Below, piece after piece: positions 59,724 to 64,000 of a stretch of 64,000 nucleotides of DNA. Within the stretch, counting starts at the first letter, position 1. Every line of letters begins with the position of its first letter. The translations under genes and the position numbers were made by a program. Location: assembly GCA_016211085.1 (NCBI GenBank), contig JACQSY010000005.1, positions 2,599 to 66,598 of the forward strand, given 5' to 3'. Source of the stretch: Acidobacteriota bacterium. GTDB lineage: Bacteria; Acidobacteriota; UBA6911; RPQK01; JACQSY01. A model generated the notes under the pieces. The model saw only the letters and a list, made by a program, of their open reading frames with translations. It had not been told where the DNA came from and ran no database searches.

Positions 59724-60716
59724 TCAGGTGAGCATTCCTTCGAGAGGGCTGCTCGCCGTCGCATACATCTTCTTGGGAATCCTGCCCGCAAAAAAAGCCA
59801 AGCGTCCTGCTTCAACGGCCAGCTTCATGGCCTGGGCCATGGTTACGGGGTCCTTGGCGCCCGCAATGCCGGAATTCATGAGGACACCGTCGACTCCCAG
59901 CTCCATGGCTATGGTGGCATCCGATGCGGTTCCCACTCCGGCATCCACAATCACAGGCACAGACGCGTTTTCCAGAATAATGCGAATATTGTTGGGATTT
60001 TGAATTCCCAGACCCGATCCTATAGGGGCGCCCAGGGGCATGACGGCGGCGGCACCTGCCTCCTCGAGTTTCTTGCACACTACGGGGTCATCGTTGGTGT
60101 AAGGCAACACCACGAAACCTTCTTTTACAAGAACACGGGTGGCTTCTAAAAGGGCCCCGTTGTCCGGAAAGAGGGTCCGCTCATCACCGATCACCTCCAG
60201 TTTCACGAATTCAGAGAGTCCTGCCTCTCGTGCCAGATGCGCATATCGGATTGCATCCTGCGCGGTGTAGCAGCCGGCTGTATTGGGCAGAATGAAGAAT
60301 CGTTTGCGATCAATGTAATTCAGCAGCGACTCCTTTGCTGACAGGTCTACACGCCGAACCGCCACCGTCACCATGTCGGCCCCGCTCGCCTCCAGCGCAC
60401 GGCGCATCAAATCCAAACTCTCGTATTTCCCGGAACCCACTATCAAACGGGACTGAAACTCTCTGCCCCCAATAACCAGCTTGTCTGACACGTTTTTCGA
60501 GGCCCCCCCGCCCACAAAGTGTACGATTTCAATCCGGTCTCCATTCTCAACAAAGCTGACCGGCCACTCCTTCTTGCTTACAATCTGCTCATTGACTTCG
60601 ACGGCAATATGGTCGGCGCGAAGGTCCAAATCGCGAACCAGTTGTTGAACGGTGCGTCCGCCTCCCGACAAAGTGGTTTTTTGACCATTGACGATTATCT
60701 CAAGTTTGCGGTTCAT
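59724..60716 (-). CDS. thiG: fused sulfur-carrier ThiS / thiazole synthase ThiG
   Basis: N-terminal about 70 aa is ThiS-like and ends in ..IVHFVGGG. After a short linker comes the ThiG TIM barrel ([19 protein letters not shown] ... [14 protein letters not shown]). Confidence 0.9.
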   Translation of the reverse strand: MNRKLEIIVNGQKTTLSGGGRTVQQLVRDLDLRADHIAVEVNEQIVSKKEWPVSFVENGDRIEIVHFVGGGASKNVSDKLVIGGREFQSRLIVGSGKYESLDLMRRALEASGADMVTVAVRRVDLSAKESLLNYIDRKRFFILPNTAGCYTAQDAIRYAHLAREAGLSEFVKLEVIGDERTLFPDNGALLEATRVLVKEGFVVLPYTNDDPVVCKKLEEAGAAAVMPLGAPIGSGLGIQNPNNIRIILENASVPVIVDAGVGTASDATIAMELGVDGVLMNSGIAGAKDPVTMAQAMKLAVEAGRLAFFAGRIPKKMYATASSPLEGMLT

Positions 60717-61103
60717 AAGCTCATATAAGCAGCTTTAGAAGTTCTAATAATACAACGTTTGCGCCGCAAGGATGGCATCGTCACCTTCCTTGACATACCC
60801 GGTAGGCTCCCTTAAGATGCATTTTTTGTTGCTGGGAAGCAGTAAACGATGATGCCACCTCAGCTTAAGCACTATGAGGAGTTTGCCGTGCCCGGCGACT
60901 GCATCTTCGAGTTTGTTTTTCCCTGCCGAGAATTTTTCCCGTTCCAACAAGTTCGGGGTTTTTGCCAACGATTCTTGCTCGCCATTTGCGGATGGCTTTC
61001 GCTTTCATCCAAGAGCAAAGGCACTCCCGGGCGCCAAGAGAGCAGTGTAATCTCAGGGGACTCAAATCGGAAATTCCGATAGACTTTAATACCCGGTTCT
61101 GTG

Positions 61104-61595
61104 ATGGAGCACGTAGTATTTTACTTTTTTGCGGGTGTTTCAGTGATTGCGGCTTTGACGGTCGTATTCCAGTCGACGGCCATTTACGGCGTGCTCTCTC
61201 TGATCGTCTGCTTTGGCGCGATGGCGGTGCTTTTTTTTCAACTCGGTGCTCATTTTCTGGCTGCCATTCAGGTGATTGTCTACGCGGGCGCGATCATGGT
61301 TCTGTTTCTCTTTGTGACCATGCTTTTGGACCCGGAGTCGGAGCGTTTTCCCTCCAACCGGCTGGTGAAGACCACCATCCTGGCTTTACCCGTGGCCGCC
61401 TTCCTGGCTTTATTACTCCTGCAGGCGCTTGCTGAATCCTGGCCGACTTTAGACGTCGGACAGGAGCAGACGGGACGAATTGAGACGATTGCCGCCTATT
61501 TATTTCGGGATTATCTGTTGCCTTTCGAGATTACCTCAATCCTGGTTCTGGCTGCTATTGTTGGGGCGGTGGTTCTGGTAAAACGCTCGGATTAG
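61104..61595 (+). CDS. nuoJ: NADH-quinone oxidoreductase subunit J
   Basis: [22 protein letters not shown]...[22 protein letters not shown] 61101 is an alternative start. Confidence 0.9.
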   Translation: MEHVVFYFFAGVSVIAALTVVFQSTAIYGVLSLIVCFGAMAVLFFQLGAHFLAAIQVIVYAGAIMVLFLFVTMLLDPESERFPSNRLVKTTILALPVAAFLALLLLQALAESWPTLDVGQEQTGRIETIAAYLFRDYLLPFEITSILVLAAIVGAVVLVKRSD

Positions 61596-61599
61596 AGAC

Positions 61600-61902
61600 A
61601 TGGTTCCGATCACCCACTATCTCATGCTGTCAGCCATCCTGTTTGCATTGGGGGCTCTGGGAGTTCTGATCAACAGGAACATCATCAGTATGTTCATGTG
61701 TGTGGAACTGATGCTCAATGCGGTCAACCTGGCGTTTATCGCTTTTTCCAGGTTTCTGAACCAGGTCGACGGACAGATTTTTGTTTTCTTCGTCATGATT
61801 GTGGCTGCCGCTGAGGCAGCGGTAGGGCTGGCCTTAATTGTGCTCTTCTTTAGGGACAAATCAACCCTCGATGTGGACCAGGCGAATTCCCTCAAATGGT
61901 GA
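61600..61902 (+). CDS. nuoK: NADH-quinone oxidoreductase subunit K
   Basis: 100 aa. [22 protein letters not shown]...[14 protein letters not shown]. Confidence 0.93.
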   Translation: MVPITHYLMLSAILFALGALGVLINRNIISMFMCVELMLNAVNLAFIAFSRFLNQVDGQIFVFFVMIVAAAEAAVGLALIVLFFRDKSTLDVDQANSLKW

Positions 61903-61973
61903 GCCGAAGAGAGGTGTCTTGCGCCAGCGCGAGTCCTCCTCACGCCGATTGGTTTCTTTCTGAGTAAACACAC

Positions 61974-63911
61974 GTGCCGTACAACTTCGAGAATGGTTTT
62001 TGGGTTCTGATCCTGTTCCCTCTCCTGGGTGCGGCGGTCAATGGCCTTATGGGCAAGCGGTTCCCGGCCGGAATGGTCGCACTAATCGCTTGTTTTATGT
62101 CGGGCTTGAGCTTCCTGGTAGCATTCGGCACGTTTTTACAGTTTTCCAATCTGCCGGGAGAGTCCCGCGTCCTTTCAAAACACCTTTTTACCTGGATTGA
62201 ATCAGGCAACTTCGTAGCAAGCTTTGGATTGCTTCTGGACCCGCTATCGATGGTGATGATCCTGATCATCACCGGCGTCGGCTTTCTCATCCACGTTTAT
62301 TCGACGCGCTACATGAGGGAACATCCAGGGTTTTACCGGTACTTCGCGTATTTGAACTTATTCATCTTCATGATGTCGGTACTGGCCCTGGCAGACAACT
62401 ACCTGATGATGTTCATTGGTTGGGAGGGAGTGGGGCTCTGTTCCTACCTTCTGATCGGCTATTACTTTGACAGGAAAAGCGCAGGAGATGCGGCAAAAAA
62501 GGCTTTCATCGTAAACAGGGTCGGCGATGCAGGCTTCATACTTGGAGTACTGTTGATTTTTCGGACTTTTCAGAGTGTAGAGTTCATTCCTGTTTTCGAG
62601 CAGGTGGTGAGGCGCTTTCCAGAAGCTGAAGCCTCCTTTGGGATTTTAAGCGCGATCGCTCTGCTTCTTTTTGTCGGCGCCATTGGGAAAAGCGCGCAAA
62701 TTCCCCTGTACGTCTGGCTGCCGGACGCCATGGAAGGTCCGACGCCGGTAAGCGCATTGATCCATGCCGCGACGATGGTTACTGCAGGTGTTTATTTGAC
62801 GGCCCGTTCTGCCGCCCTTTACAGCCGCACGCCCGAAGTGTTGGCCCTCGTTGCTTCAATCGGGGCGATCACTGCTTTATTCGCCGCATTGATAGCCACC
62901 GTTCAGACGGACATTAAAAGAGTCTTAGCCTATTCCACCGTAAGCCAGTTAGGTTACATGTTCATAGCGGTCGGTGTGGGCGCTTTTGGCGCCGGTATTT
63001 TTCACCTTTTTACACATGCTTTCTTCAAGGCGCTGCTGTTTTTGGGGGCTGGCAGCGTCATTCTGGCTCTACACCATGAACAGAACCTCTTTAAAATGGG
63101 CGGCCTGCGCCGCTATCTTCCCATCACCAGCCTGACGATGTGGATCGGAACCCTGGCGATCTCAGGCATCCCTCCTTTTGCCGGGTTCTTTTCCAAAGAT
63201 GAGATTCTGGCAAAGGCATACGAGAGCCCGTTGGGAAGCCCGCTGTTGTGGGCACTTGGCCTCGTGGCAGCAGGCTTGACTGCGTTTTACATGTTCCGCC
63301 TGATGTTTCTCACTTTTCACGGACGGGGACATCATGAAAAGCATCCGCCACGCGAGGACTCAAACTCAGTATCCATTCCGTTGCTGTTTCTCGCTTTGTT
63401 TTCGCTGATCGCCGGATGGATCGGATTGCCTCCTTATCTGGGGATCAACAGGTTTGAACACTTTTTGGAACCTTCCTTTCGCTACCAGTACCAGCACGGG
63501 GCATCCGAGACCGCGCATACCTCGGAGCTACTCCTGGCGTCGGTGACAATCCTTGCGGCGGTGCTGGGTATTGCTGTCTCATACCTGCTCTACGTCCGCA
63601 AGCCAGGGACTTCCGGGAAACTGGCGTCTCGCTTCCCCTCCGTGTACCGAATTCTGGAAAGAAAATTCTACGTGGATGAAATCTACGATTTCTTGGTAGT
63701 GCATCCGCTCTACCGGCTGGCGGTGAGGACGCTGTGGAGAACCATTGATGTGCGCTTGATTGACGGAACTGTAAATGGCACAGGTTCCTTTTTTCAGGCC
63801 TGGGGACATCTACTAAAAAGAATTCAGGCGGGTTACGCGCGCATCTACGCCAGTTGGGTTCTGTGGGGAGCGCTGCTGGTAATCCTTTACTGCTACTTCA
63901 GCCTGGCCTGA
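61974..63911 (+). CDS. nuoL: NADH-quinone oxidoreductase subunit L
   Basis: 645 aa. GWEGVGLCSYLLIGYYF, KSAQIPLYVWLPDAMEGPTPVSALIHAATMVTAGVY. Confidence 0.95.
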   Translation: MPYNFENGFWVLILFPLLGAAVNGLMGKRFPAGMVALIACFMSGLSFLVAFGTFLQFSNLPGESRVLSKHLFTWIESGNFVASFGLLLDPLSMVMILIITGVGFLIHVYSTRYMREHPGFYRYFAYLNLFIFMMSVLALADNYLMMFIGWEGVGLCSYLLIGYYFDRKSAGDAAKKAFIVNRVGDAGFILGVLLIFRTFQSVEFIPVFEQVVRRFPEAEASFGILSAIALLLFVGAIGKSAQIPLYVWLPDAMEGPTPVSALIHAATMVTAGVYLTARSAALYSRTPEVLALVASIGAITALFAALIATVQTDIKRVLAYSTVSQLGYMFIAVGVGAFGAGIFHLFTHAFFKALLFLGAGSVILALHHEQNLFKMGGLRRYLPITSLTMWIGTLAISGIPPFAGFFSKDEILAKAYESPLGSPLLWALGLVAAGLTAFYMFRLMFLTFHGRGHHEKHPPREDSNSVSIPLLFLALFSLIAGWIGLPPYLGINRFEHFLEPSFRYQYQHGASETAHTSELLLASVTILAAVLGIAVSYLLYVRKPGTSGKLASRFPSVYRILERKFYVDEIYDFLVVHPLYRLAVRTLWRTIDVRLIDGTVNGTGSFFQAWGHLLKRIQAGYARIYASWVLWGALLVILYCYFSLA

Positions 63912-63917
63912 GACGAT

Positions 63918-64000
63918 ATGTTTGCGCCTGAACACCTGATAAGCCTTCTCTTACTGATTCCCTCTGCGGGAGTCCTGTTGGTTGGAATGCTCCCTGGTTC
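63918..64000 (+). CDS. nuoM: NADH-quinone oxidoreductase subunit M, 5' fragment (runs off the window)
   Basis: ATG 63918 lies 7 nt after the nuoL stop. MFAPEHLISLLLLIPSAGVLLVGMLPG is hydrophobic. The call is by position after nuoL. Confidence 0.7.
   Translation, partial: MFAPEHLISLLLLIPSAGVLLVGMLPG

Noticed and set aside
60744-60968. 74-aa minus-strand ORF upstream of thiSG.
   Set aside because: It has no SD and no recognisable motif, and it overlaps an equally unconvincing plus-strand ORF. It is probably non-coding promoter region.
60717-61100. TPP riboswitch upstream of thiSG.
   Set aside because: Reading the minus strand, I could not find the CUGAGA and ACCUGAUCUGGAUAAUGCCAGCG-type conserved cores, only unrelated hairpins. 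This needs a covariance-model search to be certain.

Overview
This 64-kb chromosomal window is probably from an Acidobacteriota-like Gram-negative. That placement is an inference from a roughly 1050-aa TonB-dependent receptor with an N-terminal carboxypeptidase-regulatory-like domain, bshB1-bshC, and the gene order. All calls come from reading the sequence and the ORF track; no searches were run. Layout: (1) 1-3786 is the right-hand end of an element integrated at tRNA-Asn. It carries a zinc-ribbon ORF, a replication-relaxation gene, two hypotheticals, an excisionase and a frameshifted tyrosine integrase. (2) 4.0-8.5 kb holds a secreted DPP-IV-type peptidase and a permease/tandem-Usp pair. (3) 8.7-10.7 kb is a small accessory patch: a 52-aa secreted CC..CC peptide gene, a divergent XRE regulator and two A+T-richer membrane-protein genes. 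(4) 10.8-30.6 kb is an uninterrupted alpha/spc/S10/str ribosomal super-operon on the minus strand, running rplQ to rpsL and including rpoA, rpmJ, infA, map, adk, secY, tuf and fusA. (5) 30.6-31.3 kb is non-coding. It contains a near-consensus promoter, a terminator-like leader hairpin just before rpsL, and a roughly 380-nt GC-rich segment with nested long-range complementarity. I rate this segment the best candidate for an undescribed element, namely a large structured RNA of unknown class. (6) 31.6-39.8 kb is an LPS inner-core operon: waaA, lpxK, two heptosyltransferases, gmhB, a split hldE, an ICMT-like methyltransferase and a DUF3108-like protein. (7) 40-42.3 kb holds bshB1-bshC. (8) 42.5-50.5 kb holds comEA, the prepilin peptidase, an M48 protease, nnr, tsaE and an orphan GspH/I/J/K-like pseudopilin operon. 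(9) 50.6-57.6 kb holds the TonB-dependent receptor, an amidohydrolase and a secreted hypothetical. (10) 57.9-64 kb holds ubiE, aroB, a fused thiS-thiG and a detached nuoJKLM cluster. I saw no CRISPR array, rRNA gene or intact transposase.
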